From the NCBI GenBank assembly GCA_963752075.1, contig CAVVWO010000007.1:14840-78839 (forward strand): 64,000 bases of DNA, in the 5' to 3' direction. The notes under the pieces were generated by a model. It ran no database searches. It saw nothing but the letters and a program-made list of their open reading frames with translations, and was not told the origin of the DNA. This DNA comes from an uncultured Acidimicrobiia bacterium (lineage in GTDB: Bacteria > Actinomycetota > Acidimicrobiia > Spongiisociales > JAENVV01). Numbering within the stretch: the stretch's first letter is position 1; each line of letters starts with the position of its first letter. Below are positions 9,177-19,723 of the stretch, one piece after another. Position numbers and translations under genes: made by a program.

Positions 9177-10565
9177 ATGCGAGTACGCGTGGCGGTTCTT
9201 CCCGTCGTGATCTGTTTGGTGATGTCCCTGGTGACGGCCGCCGTCGCCACGGAGGACTCCCCGATCGGCACGTTCTGGGACGACAACGGCAACACTCACG
9301 AGGGATACATCGAGGCCATGGCGGACGCAGGCGTCACCAAGGGGTGCAACCCTCCGGCCAACACCAAGTACTGCCCATCGCTCGGCGTGACCCGCCAGCA
9401 GATGGCTTCGTTCTTGGTCCGTGCGTTCGATCTACCGGCCAGCACCGAGGATTACTTCGTCGACGATGATGACAGCATCCACGAAGACGACATCAACGCA
9501 CTCTTCGCATCGGGTATCACCAAAGGCTGTAACCCGCCGACCAACGATCGCTTCTGCCCCACCCAGGTGGTGTCGCGCGATCAGATGGCCGCCTTCTTGA
9601 CCCGCGCCCAGGGGTATGTGGACGACGACCCGGCTGCTGATCGGTTCGTCGATGACGACGGTTCGATTTTCGAACCCGAGATCGAGGCCCTCGCTGCGGC
9701 AGGCATCACGCTGGGCTGTAACCCTCCGACCAACGATCGTTTCTGCCCGACTGACACGGTGCTGCGCGATCAGATGGCGTCTTTCCTGGGTCGGGCCATC
9801 CCTTTGACCCCGGTCGTGTTGCCGACTGAGCTCACGGCCATCTTCTTCGCCCTCGATCAGCCGGAAGGGGGCCCATTCCTGGCACCGGTTGCCCGATACG
9901 GCACCCCCGTGCCCACCCCTGAAACCGCGGTGGATCTCCTGCTGGTGGGCCCAAGCGCCGACGAACTCGCTCAGGTGCCGGCGTTTTCCGACGCGATTCC
10001 GGCGGGCGTGACCCGCAACGGCCCGATCGATGTGGTGGCCGGAGTGGCGACCGTCGATCTGTCGAGCAACTTCGAGGCGGGTGGGGAGTCTTTCGGGATG
10101 TTCATGCGGCTCGCTCAGCTCACGTACACCGTCACCGCCTTTGACGACATCGACACGGTCGAGTTGGAGTTGGACGGCGTTGAGGTCGACGTCTTCTCCT
10201 CGGAAGGCATCGACATCGACGGTGGCATGGACCGCGAGTACTTCTTCGGGCCCGGGATCATCCCCGAGCACTTCGTTGACTCGCCGGCATGGTGGGAATA
10301 CGTCGAGAGTCCGATCGAGGTGACCGGCTACTCCCGGGCATTCGAGGCGACGATCGAGTGGGAACTGTACGACCGAGACGGCCTGCTCATCGCCAGCGAT
10401 TTCGAGACAACCGGTTCTGCCGGCCCCGACTTCGGTCCGATGAGTTTCACCGTGGACTACACCGTCGACGAAGTGCAGGTCGGCACGCTGATGGTCTTCG
10501 AGCTCTCCGCCATGGACGGCAGCCGCACCGACGTCAGAGAAACGGTGGTGTGGTTGATCCCATAG
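9177..10565 (+). CDS. secreted protein with three SLH-like repeats, a GerMN domain and a C-terminal Gmad2-like Ig domain
   Basis: Signal peptide; three G(V/I)TxGCNPPxNxx(Y/F)CP...RxQMAxFL repeats; ATVDLS...LAQLTYTVT (GerMN); VTGYSRAFEATI (Gmad2-like). Confidence 0.8.
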   Translation: MRVRVAVLPVVICLVMSLVTAAVATEDSPIGTFWDDNGNTHEGYIEAMADAGVTKGCNPPANTKYCPSLGVTRQQMASFLVRAFDLPASTEDYFVDDDDSIHEDDINALFASGITKGCNPPTNDRFCPTQVVSRDQMAAFLTRAQGYVDDDPAADRFVDDDGSIFEPEIEALAAAGITLGCNPPTNDRFCPTDTVLRDQMASFLGRAIPLTPVVLPTELTAIFFALDQPEGGPFLAPVARYGTPVPTPETAVDLLLVGPSADELAQVPAFSDAIPAGVTRNGPIDVVAGVATVDLSSNFEAGGESFGMFMRLAQLTYTVTAFDDIDTVELELDGVEVDVFSSEGIDIDGGMDREYFFGPGIIPEHFVDSPAWWEYVESPIEVTGYSRAFEATIEWELYDRDGLLIASDFETTGSAGPDFGPMSFTVDYTVDEVQVGTLMVFELSAMDGSRTDVRETVVWLIP

Positions 10566-10624
10566 GCAATCGTTGGCCGGAAGGGAAGTGACGCTCCGGG
10601 TTGATGAGCCTGGCGGCGCCATCA

Positions 10625-10957
10625 CTAGCCGGCGGTGATGAGAACCACCAGGCTGCCGACGGCGGCGCCCGACAACAGCCCAACCACCAGGGCATGGGCG
10701 AGCCGTCGGCGGCTGGGCTTGACCACGAACCAGGAGACGGCAACCGGGACAGCCCCGCCGCCGAAGGCAATCCGAAACACCTCCCAGTCCCAGAAGGGGA
10801 CCCTGGGACACGTTCCGGTGCCCTTCCATCCGGCGCAGTCGCCAAACGTCGCCGCAACGGCCAGCATCGCCGCCCCCACGAGCACCGAAGCCAAGATCAG
10901 CATCGTCTGAGCGACGATTCTGGCGATCCGTACCGCCTGCCGTGTCGTGTGCTCCAT
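10625..10957 (-). CDS. hypothetical membrane protein
   Basis: Three hydrophobic segments with a Cys pair in a loop; start chosen at internal ATG. Confidence 0.55.
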   Translation of the reverse strand: MEHTTRQAVRIARIVAQTMLILASVLVGAAMLAVAATFGDCAGWKGTGTCPRVPFWDWEVFRIAFGGGAVPVAVSWFVVKPSRRRLAHALVVGLLSGAAVGSLVVLITAG

Positions 10958-11212
10958 GCCGACATCTTTCCCGATCGACAAGCCGTTGGCGATAGGTGAA
11001 CACCCTGAATCGGACCTCGGGGTCTCCGGAGCTGCTCGCCAGGTGCGTCCGCGTCGCAACGGGCAGTGGGAGTGAGGGCTCGAGATTGCCCGTATCGAGC
11101 CGGGAGACCGATCGCGAAAACCATTCACCGATGCGACTTCGCCTCGTTCGGGGTTGGCCGTTACACTCTCCTCACCGCAGGTTCCCTTCCGCAGGGAGCC
11201 GTGCGTTGATCC

Positions 11213-11262
11213 TGCTCCGTCGCTGTGACGGGGCCTTCCGTTCCACGGATGCCCGAAGGAGG
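11213..11262 (+). promoter_or_regulatory. probable S6:S18 (rpsF) ribosomal protein leader
   Basis: Two hairpins (ctccgtc/gacgggg; ccttc/gaagg with inner tccgt/acgga) and a CCG-containing bulge abutting the GGAGG RBS of rpsF. Confidence 0.6.
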
Positions 11263-11268
11263 TACACC

Positions 11269-11562
11269 ATGCGGAGATATGAAGTCATGACGATTCATCG
11301 TCCTGAGATACCCGAGGCCGATGTGCAGGGCAAGGTCAAGGAGATCGAAGATCTGCTGGCCGCCCGCGGTGGGTCCGTCACCGAGACCGACCTTTGGGGC
11401 AAACGGCGCTTTGCCTACGAGATCAACCACATCCGCGAAGGCTATTACTCGGTCGTGACCTTCGAGACCGAGCAAGAGGTGGCAGTCGAAGAACTCGATC
11501 GCGCCCTCAGTCTGTCGGATGCCGTGGTGCGTCACAAGGTGATGCGCCTCGACGAGGAGTAG
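11269..11562 (+). CDS. rpsF: 30S ribosomal protein S6
   Basis: MRRYEVM...WGKRRFAYEI...EGYY...VVRHKV; AAGGAGG RBS. Confidence 0.96.
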   Translation: MRRYEVMTIHRPEIPEADVQGKVKEIEDLLAARGGSVTETDLWGKRRFAYEINHIREGYYSVVTFETEQEVAVEELDRALSLSDAVVRHKVMRLDEE

Positions 11563-11629
11563 GACGCTTTTTGTCGGCCCCACCTGAGATAGTCGGGGGG
11601 CGACGAGGACGTTCCGAGAAGAGGAATGT

Positions 11630-12076
11630 ATGACGAACACCGTAACCGTTATCGGCAATCTGGTTGAAGACCCCGAACTTCGCTACACCCAGTCGGGTGT
11701 ACCGATGGCCAAGATCAGAGTGGCCGTCAACCGCCGTTGGAATCAGAACGGCGAATGGCAAGAAGAGACGAGCTTCTTTGGGGGAACCCTCTGGCGCGAC
11801 GCCGCTGAGAACGCAGCCGAATCCCTCCAAAAGGGCGTCCGCGTGATCATCACCGGCAGCCTCGAGCAGCGCTCCTGGGAAACCCAAGAGGGCGAGAAGC
11901 GCTCCGTGGTCGAGCTCCGCATCGACGAGATCGGACCAAGTCTTCGGTGGGCGACGGCATCCGTGACCCGGACGGCCAAGACCAGTGGTGGCTTCGGCGA
12001 TTCCGGAGGCGGAACGGCCATTCCGGCCGCGCCGGTTGCCCGAGAAGATTACGGCCCAGACGAAGCCCCTTTCTAG
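11630..12076 (+). CDS. ssb: single-stranded DNA-binding protein
   Basis: [14 protein letters not shown], acidic DEAPF tail; rpsF-ssb-rpsR synteny. Confidence 0.96.
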   Translation: MTNTVTVIGNLVEDPELRYTQSGVPMAKIRVAVNRRWNQNGEWQEETSFFGGTLWRDAAENAAESLQKGVRVIITGSLEQRSWETQEGEKRSVVELRIDEIGPSLRWATASVTRTAKTSGGFGDSGGGTAIPAAPVAREDYGPDEAPF

Positions 12077-12101
12077 AACCAGAGTTCAGGAGAATCGAAA
12101 C

Positions 12102-12350
12102 ATGGCGAAACCACAGTCTCGCAAGCGTCGCCCTGACCCACGACGCAAGAAGAAGCCTTGCGCATTCTGCAAGGACAAGAAAGCTGTCATCGACTACAAA
12201 GACGTAGGCGTGCTCCGCAAGTATGTGTCGGATCGTTCGAAGATCCGGGCGCGTCGAGTCACGGGCAACTGCGCCCGCCACCAACGTGAGGTGGCCATGG
12301 CGATCAAGAACGCTCGCGAGATGGCCCTCCTCCCGTACATAAACCGATGA
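12102..12350 (+). CDS. rpsR: 30S ribosomal protein S18 (Zn-binding form)
   Basis: CAFC...IDYKD...[16 protein letters not shown]...AREMALLPY. Confidence 0.96.
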   Translation: MAKPQSRKRRPDPRRKKKPCAFCKDKKAVIDYKDVGVLRKYVSDRSKIRARRVTGNCARHQREVAMAIKNAREMALLPYINR

Positions 12351-12793
12351 AACTCATCCTCACCTCCACAGTGGAAGGGCTCGGGACCGAAGGCGACATC
12401 GTCGAGGTGGCCGACGGGTACGGACGCAACTATCTGCTGCCCCGCAACCTGGCCGCCAGGGCGACCGCCGGCACTCTGAAGCACGCCACGAAGATCAAGG
12501 AAGTCCGTGAGGAATCCGCTCGCAAAGCCCGTCTGGAAGCGGAAGCCATCGCCAGCACCCTCGTCGGCTCGCGGGTCGTGATCGCGGCTCAGTCCGGCGA
12601 CGAAGGAAAGCTGTTCGGTTCCATTGGAGCTTCCGACGTCATAGAGGGAGTGAAGAAGTTCACCGGCGTTGAGCTGGAACGTAAAGCAGTGATCCTCGAA
12701 CGACCCATCAAAGACATTGGGTTGCACGAGGTCCCGGTCAAGCTCCATCCTGAGGTTGAATTCACCCTCACCCTCGACGTCATCCCAGCCTGA
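12347..12793 (+). CDS. rplI: 50S ribosomal protein L9
   Basis: MKLIL...[17 protein letters not shown]; GKLFGSI. Confidence 0.96.
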   Translation: MKLILTSTVEGLGTEGDIVEVADGYGRNYLLPRNLAARATAGTLKHATKIKEVREESARKARLEAEAIASTLVGSRVVIAAQSGDEGKLFGSIGASDVIEGVKKFTGVELERKAVILERPIKDIGLHEVPVKLHPEVEFTLTLDVIPA

Positions 12794-12917
12794 TCAGTGG
12801 ACAACGAGGGGACGTCGATCGCTGACGCAACCGAGCCACCCCCCGACGCCTACTCTGCCCCGGTGGCCGAGCCCGGCGTCAGGGGGGGTTCCCCTTCACG
12901 AGGGATTCCCGGACGGA

Positions 12918-14252
12918 GTGGTGCACGCAGGGGTCCGGACACCACCGCACAGCGCCGAGGCCGAAGAGTCGGTTTTGGGAGCCATCCTCCTCTCGCCTGA
13001 CACGGCCAACCTCGTGCTCGACAAGCTCGATGCCGAGGATTTCTATATCCCGGCGTATCAAGCGGTCTTCGAATCGATCCAGGAGCTCTACAACGGCAGC
13101 CAACCGATCGACGCGGTCACGGTCACCGATCAGCTCCGTCGAAAAGGCGAGTTGGACCGGGTCGGAGGGATCGGCTTCGTCACGGAGCTCATCGACGCGG
13201 TCCCTGTTGCGAGTCGCGTCGAGTATTACGCCAGCATCGTCGAAGAAACCGCTCTCAGGCGCCGCCTCATGGCTGCGGGCACGAGAGTCTCAGACCTGGC
13301 GATGGACGTGGAAGAGGAGATCGATACCGTCATCGACAAGTCGGAGCAGACCGTCTTTCGGGTCGCCGAGCGCCGGGTCGGTGATGGGCTTCAGCTTCTC
13401 AGCACCCACCTCCAGGCCTCCATCGAACTGATCGAAGAGCTCGGTTCGTCCGCCACCCACATCACCGGGACGCCGACCGGCTTTCGCGACCTCGACAAGA
13501 AACTGGCAGGCCTCCACGCTGCCAACCTGATTGTCATCGCCGCTCGGCCCGCCATGGGAAAATCGGCGCTCGGACTGAACATCGCCGCCAACGTCGCACT
13601 GCAGGGCGGGACCGTGGCCGTGTTCTCGATGGAGATGGCCAAAGAGGAGATCATCCAACGGCTCCTGTGCTCGATCGGTCGAGTCGACTCGATGAAGCTC
13701 CGGTCCGGCCAACTCGATCAGCGCCAATGGCAAGGCGTGGTCAACGCGGCGGGGAAACTCTTTGGAGCGGAGGTCTATGTCGACGACTCGGCGAACGTCA
13801 CGGTGACCGATATCCGGGCCAAATGTCGACGTCTGAAACGCTCGAAAGGACTCGACCTCGTCCTGGTGGACTACCTCCAGCTCATGACCGGTCGGAACCG
13901 TGAGAATCGTCAGCAGGAGATCTCCGAGATCAGCCGGAGCATGAAGAACCTGGCCAGGGAGTTGGATATCCCGGTCATCGCCATCTCGCAGTTGAACCGC
14001 AGCCTGGAAAGCAGGGATGACAAACGGCCGCGTCTCGGTGACCTGCGCGAATCGGGCGCAATCGAACAGGACTCGGACATCGTGATGTTCATCTACCGGC
14101 ATGAGTACTACCACCCGGACGACATCGACTCGAAGGGTTTGGCAGAGGTCATCGTGGCCAAGCACCGGGCCGGCTCGACCGGCAAGGTCGAGATGACATT
14201 CCTGCCCGAGTTCACGCTCTTCAGCGACCTCGGCCGCGACGTCGCCCCATAG
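12918..14252 (+). CDS. dnaB: replicative DNA helicase
   Basis: PPHSAEAEESVLG, ARPAMGKS, VDYLQLM, SQLNR, DLRESGAIEQDSD; start uncertain (possibly 12797 with an indel). Confidence 0.95.
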   Translation: MVHAGVRTPPHSAEAEESVLGAILLSPDTANLVLDKLDAEDFYIPAYQAVFESIQELYNGSQPIDAVTVTDQLRRKGELDRVGGIGFVTELIDAVPVASRVEYYASIVEETALRRRLMAAGTRVSDLAMDVEEEIDTVIDKSEQTVFRVAERRVGDGLQLLSTHLQASIELIEELGSSATHITGTPTGFRDLDKKLAGLHAANLIVIAARPAMGKSALGLNIAANVALQGGTVAVFSMEMAKEEIIQRLLCSIGRVDSMKLRSGQLDQRQWQGVVNAAGKLFGAEVYVDDSANVTVTDIRAKCRRLKRSKGLDLVLVDYLQLMTGRNRENRQQEISEISRSMKNLARELDIPVIAISQLNRSLESRDDKRPRLGDLRESGAIEQDSDIVMFIYRHEYYHPDDIDSKGLAEVIVAKHRAGSTGKVEMTFLPEFTLFSDLGRDVAP

Positions 14253-14540
14253 AGCGCCGGTCGCTGAGGATCGAGTCACAACCGGCACTTCGCTGCCGAG
14301 GTAGCGGAGTCCCGCCCCATGGCCGTGATAGTCGCCGATCCCCGCGGGACGGATGGCGAGTGAGCCGTTGGGCGCCACGAACGCGGCGCTCAAAAGCACG
14401 GGTCAGGGCCTCGGTCGGTGGCCGGGGATTTCCGCTCAGATGGGCCGATAACGGCGGCTGGCAATCGCCCCGAGAGCTACGATGCATCGACCAAGGATGA
14501 GAGGTAGCGATGGGCGAAGACGACGCAGCGGTCTGGTATC

Positions 14541-14804
14541 TTGCGGACGGCCGCACTAGCTGTCATTGGATTGTTGACATCGGTTGCCCTCAGCTTGATC
14601 GGTATTGCATTCATGAACTCGGGAGTGCTGCCACAAGTGCTGCCAGACCCTGGAGGATTCCGAGTCGAATACGAAATCGTCGCCGTCGGAGTCGTGGGGA
14701 TCATCAGCGTCGTCCTTGCCGCAGTAAGCCTCGTCTGGACGCTCTTTACAGCGATGGGCTTCTACAAGAAGGGGGTCGCCGCCCAGCTCGACCAGACTGG
14801 CTGA
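14541..14804 (+). CDS. small two-TM membrane protein
   Basis: Two hydrophobic helices; an RBS-preceded ATG at 14510 is out of frame by one base, so the true start may be there. Confidence 0.5.
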   Translation: MRTAALAVIGLLTSVALSLIGIAFMNSGVLPQVLPDPGGFRVEYEIVAVGVVGIISVVLAAVSLVWTLFTAMGFYKKGVAAQLDQTG

Positions 14805-15116
14805 TACCGAAGCGGGCGAAGACTCAATGAGAAGCGCCAGGTGCGGAGAATTCCCGTATGCGGGCTGGCCGGAGGCCCGCAGCGCCCCGATCGCAGGACG
14901 ACCGACTCCCCGGACAGCTACTCCGAGCGATGACCTTCTGCGCTTGCCGCTGTGCCGATATCGAGCGGCTATCTGAGGGGCGGAGTCCCCATTTCTCTAG
15001 ATCGGAACCCTGCGTCCGGCGACGTCGGACATTTCGATGTGAGCTGGAAGTCGATTGCTTCAGAAGCTCGCAACTGCATCGTTTGCGGTACCCGATCCTC
15101 ATCCCGATTTGGGCTC

Positions 15117-15153
15117 AACTGAATGCTCATTCATAATGAATGGACATTCAGTT
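15117..15153. promoter_or_regulatory. tandem palindromic operators, probably for the adjacent TetR
   Basis: Two TGAATG-N2-CATTCA palindromes forming a 37-bp inverted repeat overlapping a CATAAT -10 upstream of the SDR-tetR pair. Confidence 0.75.
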
Positions 15154-15170
15154 TCTCTACGAGGTGCACC

Positions 15171-16119
15171 ATGGCCTGGACCGCAACCAACATTCCCGAC
15201 CTCACAGGAAAGACCGCCGTCGTGACGGGGGGCAATGGGGGCCTTGGACTCGAAACCGTGCGGGAACTCGCCCGCAAAGGCGCCCACGTTGTGATCGGCG
15301 CCCGCAATCTCGAGAAGGCCGCCGCCGCCGAATCGGACGTGAAGACCGAGATCCCGACGGCTGCGATCGAGGTGCGCAAACTCGATCTCTCGTCGCTCGC
15401 GTCTGTCAAGGAATTCGCCGATAGCGTGCTTGCCGACCATCCAGTCATCGATCTGCTCTTCAACAACGCCGGGGTGATGGCGACGCCCGAGTGGGAGACC
15501 GAAGACGGCTTCGAGATGCAATTCGGCACAAATCACCTTGGCCACTTCGCACTGACTGCCCACCTCATGCCTGCCCTCCTGGCCGCCGATGGGGCCAGAA
15601 TCGTCAGTACGAGTTCCACCGCGCGCTTTGCGGCCGGCGCCTACGACCTCAACAACGCCCACCATCGTGGGGTGTACGACTCCTGGCGGGCCTACGGCTA
15701 TTCGAAGCTCGCCAACCTGCAGTTCATCCTCGAACTGAACAAGCGATTGTCGGCTGCCGGGGCGAAGGTCAAAGCCTATGCGGCCGATCCCGGATTCTCG
15801 AAAACGGATCTCCAGGCGACCAGTACCAAGAACACGGGTGGTCACCCGCGTAGCCGCTTCTTCGAGAAGGCTGGTGCCGGTGGTCGGTCAGTCATCGGCC
15901 CGTGGGGCCCTTCCGCAGTTGAGAGCAGGGACCGATCCCGCCGCCGAGGGAGGCACGTTCTTCCGTCCGAAGTGGATCTCTGCGGGCGTTCCGGTGGTTG
16001 GCAAGGTAGGTCAGAGGCTGAGGAAGCCCGCCGACCTGGCGAAGCTGTGGGAGATCTCCGAAGAGGACACCGGCATCGAGTTCGATGTTGCGAAGATGGT
16101 CGCAGAGGCGGCTGCGTGA
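15171..16119 (+). CDS. SDR family oxidoreductase (apparent frameshift near 15870)
   Basis: TGGNGGLG, NNAGVM, FGTNHLGHF, YGYSK; C-terminus (GALPQLRA...LWEISEE.TG) continues in the frame of ORF 15778..16119. Confidence 0.8.
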
Positions 16120-16687
16120 CCACAACCAGGGTGGACCGGGCGGCGCTGGTCCGCCGGGCGCTCGTGGAACTCGTAGCCGAACTCGGCTTTCGAGGCACGT
16201 CGATGGCAGCCGTCGCCGAGCGGGCGGGGGTCGCCACCGGTACTGCCTACGTGCACTATCCGTCGAAGGATGCTCTCGTCATGGCCGCCTACCAGGAGGT
16301 GAAACGTGCTCTCGGTGAGGCAGTGAGCGCGATCCACCTTCCGACGGAGCCTGCCGAACGCTTCAGGGCCTTGTGGTTCGGTGTGTACCGCCACCTTGCA
16401 GGGGACCCGGTTCGGGCGCGGTTTCTCGTGCAGGTCGACTCGTCACCGTGGCGGGACTGGCGCACGATGCAGCAGTGAGCGACGAGGAGAACCAACTCAT
16501 CGGTGCGATCGGCGGGGATCTCATGGGGACGATCGTCGATCTCCCCGTGCTCGTCCTGTACGACCTGTCGCTCGGTCCGGCCGTGCGCCTCGTCGCCTCT
16601 GGGCAAACATTGCCGGCCGACTCGCTCGACCGGTTGGCAACAGCCTGCTGGCGAGCGATCACCGATCCGGAGGCATCCAGGAGATAG
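16116..16687 (+). CDS. TetR family transcriptional regulator (apparent frameshift near 16449)
   Basis: GFRGTSMAAVAERAGVATGTAYVHYPSK HTH; C-terminus in the frame of ORF 16373..16687. Confidence 0.8.
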
Positions 16688-16693
16688 TCGGGG

Positions 16694-17845
16694 TCACGGT
16701 CTCCGTTGTGCTTGGGCAGACTCGGTTTGGCGAGGGTTGGATACCGATCGACCCGGGCGGCTCTTCTCGCTCCGGGCCGCAATTGCGTCCGCGATGTGAG
16801 CTGCGTCCCGTCCTACGCCGTGGATCTGCTCTGACGAAACTGCGTAGAGGAACTTGAGGCCAAGAAAGTAGAGTCCGGGCTCTGACCGGACAACGCCACG
16901 ATCATGGTCGAGCCGTTGCGGATCGATCGCTGGAAGATCGATCCAAGAGAACCCTGGGTGGAATCCGGTGCACCAGATGACGTTGGCGACATCGAGTCGC
17001 CGACCACCTTCGAGCTGAGGCTGTCCCTGTGCGACCCCGGTGACACGAGGAACGCGTTCTACTCCTCTTTCGGCCAGGTCTCGTGGTTTGGTCCTGATCA
17101 AAGGTTCGCCGGTGGATATCATCTTGGGCCGGGCTCTCCTGCCGATCGGTGTGCTCGTGGTCAGCACTCTGTGAAAGATGACCCGCCCGACGAAGGGCAT
17201 GAGAACCCTCGCCAAGACGCTTTCCGGCCGGAATGGGAGGTTGCCGGTACTGGGGCCGGCCAGCCAGACGTCGTGCGTTCTCGACAACTCGCTGGCGACC
17301 TCTGCCCCCGAGTTGCCGGCTCCTACCACAAGGACTCCTCCTTCCGCGAGCTGGCTCGGGTTGCGGTAATCGGCGACATGAAGCTGGACGATGCCCGGAT
17401 CGAGCTCGTCCGCAAACTCAGGGATTCTGGGTTTCTGCCAGCTCGACATGGCAACGACCACGTTGTCGGCCTCGAACCGTCGATCTCCGGCGGTCGCCAC
17501 GAAACGGTCGCCCTCTCGGGAGAGCTGCTCCACTCGCACACCGGTCGCAACGCGTATATCGAAATGGCGGGCGTAGGACTCCAGATAGTCGGCCATCTCG
17601 TCTTTGCTCGGGAATGCCCAGTGGTAACCCGGAAAGGGCATCCCCGGTAGACCGTCGAGGCGTTTGGGGGTGAAGAGCCGAAGAGAGTCCCAGCGGTTGC
17701 GCCAGGCGTCACCGATTCGGTCATTGGCGTCGACCGTCGCGAATGGGAGGCCGCGCTGGGAGAGGTGGTATCCCAAAGCGAGCCCAGCCTGTCCTCCTCC
17801 GATAACGAGAGTCTCCACGTAATCGTTTCCAGGCCGATGGCTCAT
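16694..17845 (-). CDS. flavin-containing monooxygenase (CzcO/ArsO-like)
   Basis: IGGGQAGLA, WDSLRLFTP, VGAGNSG, VIWCTGF, GLYFLG motifs. Confidence 0.88.
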   Translation of the reverse strand: MSHRPGNDYVETLVIGGGQAGLALGYHLSQRGLPFATVDANDRIGDAWRNRWDSLRLFTPKRLDGLPGMPFPGYHWAFPSKDEMADYLESYARHFDIRVATGVRVEQLSREGDRFVATAGDRRFEADNVVVAMSSWQKPRIPEFADELDPGIVQLHVADYRNPSQLAEGGVLVVGAGNSGAEVASELSRTHDVWLAGPSTGNLPFRPESVLARVLMPFVGRVIFHRVLTTSTPIGRRARPKMISTGEPLIRTKPRDLAERGVERVPRVTGVAQGQPQLEGGRRLDVANVIWCTGFHPGFSWIDLPAIDPQRLDHDRGVVRSEPGLYFLGLKFLYAVSSEQIHGVGRDAAHIADAIAARSEKSRPGRSVSNPRQTESAQAQRRP

Positions 17846-17880
17846 CTCACTACCTCCTTGAACGGCGCCCCTTGGTCACC

Positions 17881-17929
17881 TATACTCCACATTGGAGTAT
17901 ATCTAATACTATCTTTTGGAGTATGTCAA
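17881..17929. promoter_or_regulatory. putative PadR operators overlapping the monooxygenase promoter
   Basis: Perfect TATACTCCA-cat-TGGAGTATA inverted repeat, a second imperfect copy, and TTGACA on the minus strand. Confidence 0.7.
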
Positions 17930-17937
17930 GGGGTAAA

Positions 17938-18618
17938 ATGAACGATCAGCTGACGACCACGTCGTATGCGGTGCTGGCCCAGGTGGCGGTGCGCCCTTGG
18001 TCCACGTACGAGCTTGCCCAACAGCGAGTTCGTTACTTCAGATACGTGTGGCCCCGGGCCGAAAGCGCCATCTACCGGGAGGCGAAACGGCTCGCCTCGA
18101 TGGGCCTCATAGAGGGCAAGAAGGAATACACGGGGAAGAGGGCCCGAACGGTCTACTCGATCACCGAAGACGGCACGAAAGCCGTACGGGAGTGGCTGGG
18201 GACTCCGGTCTCACCGTTTTCGGTGGACTTCGAGGCGATCTTGCGTATCTTCGTTGCTCCTCTCGGGACCAAGGACGAGCTCCTCGGCACGCTGAAACAG
18301 GTCCATGCCGACGCCGAGGACATGCTCCAGTTCGGAGGCGAAGTCAAACAAGAGTTCATCGACGGGATCAATGTGACCCAGGATCAGGTCTATATCAGGG
18401 CACTGGCGGTCGACTTCTTCATCAGCCTCTTGAACACCGTCGAGGAATGGGCCGAACGAACAATCGACGTAGTCGAGACCTGGGAAGACCTCGTGGCCTC
18501 CGAGGAGAAGAACGAGAAGGGCCTCGAAATGATCGCCCAACTCCCCGTCGATACCCCCAGCGAGCCGCTCGAAGACATCTCCAAACCCCCCGGAAGCCAA
18601 ATCCGGTCCCGCTCCTGA
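17938..18618 (+). CDS. PadR family transcriptional regulator
   Basis: YAVL...STYEL...SAIY.E.KRL...RTVYSITEDG winged HTH; divergent from the monooxygenase. Confidence 0.85.
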   Translation: MNDQLTTTSYAVLAQVAVRPWSTYELAQQRVRYFRYVWPRAESAIYREAKRLASMGLIEGKKEYTGKRARTVYSITEDGTKAVREWLGTPVSPFSVDFEAILRIFVAPLGTKDELLGTLKQVHADAEDMLQFGGEVKQEFIDGINVTQDQVYIRALAVDFFISLLNTVEEWAERTIDVVETWEDLVASEEKNEKGLEMIAQLPVDTPSEPLEDISKPPGSQIRSRS

Positions 18619-18943
18619 AATGGGCTCTCCGACCCGAGAGAGGGCAGGCGTGATCGCGCCTCCAGTCCATCAATCCGACTGACCGCCCGTTCGAGGACCT
18701 GCCGACCACCGAGTACTACGTCGAGGCCACGACCAAAGCCGTTACCTGCGCCAGATGGGAGCACAGGCGACCGAGAAACCGGGAATCTCGATGAGATCGC
18801 CCCCTCCGGGTTGATGCAAGTGGTCGTTTCGTAGAAGCACCGAACCTTTCCGCCAACAGCCGGTCAACTATTTGGCCGGGCAGGCACGCAAATGTGCGGG
18901 TAGGCCTTGGCTACGATCTGACGTAAGGAGAAGGAGAACATGC

Positions 18944-19210
18944 GTGTTCAATGCCAATGATGCGAGCGAAGCTCTCGAGCTAGCGGGTATAGATATCTCA
19001 AACGAGCGGTACACCGTCGAGGACGTTGCGACGGGGATGAACGTCGAATCGGAACACGGGAAGCGGTTTCCCGATCTAGACGTGACCGGCGACGATCCGG
19101 TTATCACGGCGAAGATCGCCCTCGCTCACCTGCGGGAGTTCCCTGACTACTACGACCGGCTCGAAGTCATGGAGCGTGAAGCAGAAGCGGCCTGGGAGTC
19201 TGAGGACTAG
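18944..19210 (+). CDS. small acidic protein, DUF5661-like
   Basis: GMNVESEHG...DVT.DDP..TAKIALAHL.EFPDYY.RL; AGGAG seven nt before GTG. Confidence 0.75.
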   Translation: MFNANDASEALELAGIDISNERYTVEDVATGMNVESEHGKRFPDLDVTGDDPVITAKIALAHLREFPDYYDRLEVMEREAEAAWESED

Positions 19211-19470
19211 CGAAAGACCGGCCCGATCTAGCGAACCGCAGAACCGAGTCCGTGAGCGCCTCGATGTGCCTCATATAGGGCCTTGCGGGTGACAGTTGGC
19301 TTGGCCATCGCGTGTGGAGCAACCATCCCGACTGCGCGGTCTGGCGGGCGTGACAGACGCACTACGTGTCCCGGTTGTCATGCTTCAGGTTGCCTGCTGT
19401 TTGGAGTCGGGAGAGTTCGTCGCTTCGACGACGTGTGTCCTTGATTCGCTGGTCGGACCACCGTCGGCGT

Positions 19471-19713
19471 TCAGGTGAGGGCTCCGGTGAGCAGCGTCTG
19501 GAGTTCGGCGACTTTGGGAACCCGCCCGGCCAGTACCACTTGCTCGTCGATGACCAGCGCTGGGGTTGACATGACCCCGTAGGCGGCGATAGCTGCGTAG
19601 TCGGTGACTTTCTCGACATCAGCTTCCAGTCCGAGCAGGTTGGCTGCCTGGGTGGCGCGTTCCTCGAGGGCTTTACAGTTGGCGCAACCCGAACCCAGTA
19701 CTTTGATCTTCAT
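19471..19713 (-). CDS. small redox-active disulfide (thioredoxin-like) protein
   Basis: IKVLGSGCANC...YGVMSTPALVID. Confidence 0.9.
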   Translation of the reverse strand: MKIKVLGSGCANCKALEERATQAANLLGLEADVEKVTDYAAIAAYGVMSTPALVIDEQVVLAGRVPKVAELQTLLTGALT

Positions 19714-19723
19714 GTGAGCCTCC

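Noticed and set aside
15123-16478. Apparent SDR-TetR fusion ORF
   Set aside because: Produced by a frameshift; the SDR C-terminus and stop are in another frame and tetR has its own overlapping GTG.
18620-18860. Coding-like stretch (TDRPFEDLPTTEYYVEA...) after padR
   Set aside because: No clear start or family; at most a gene remnant.
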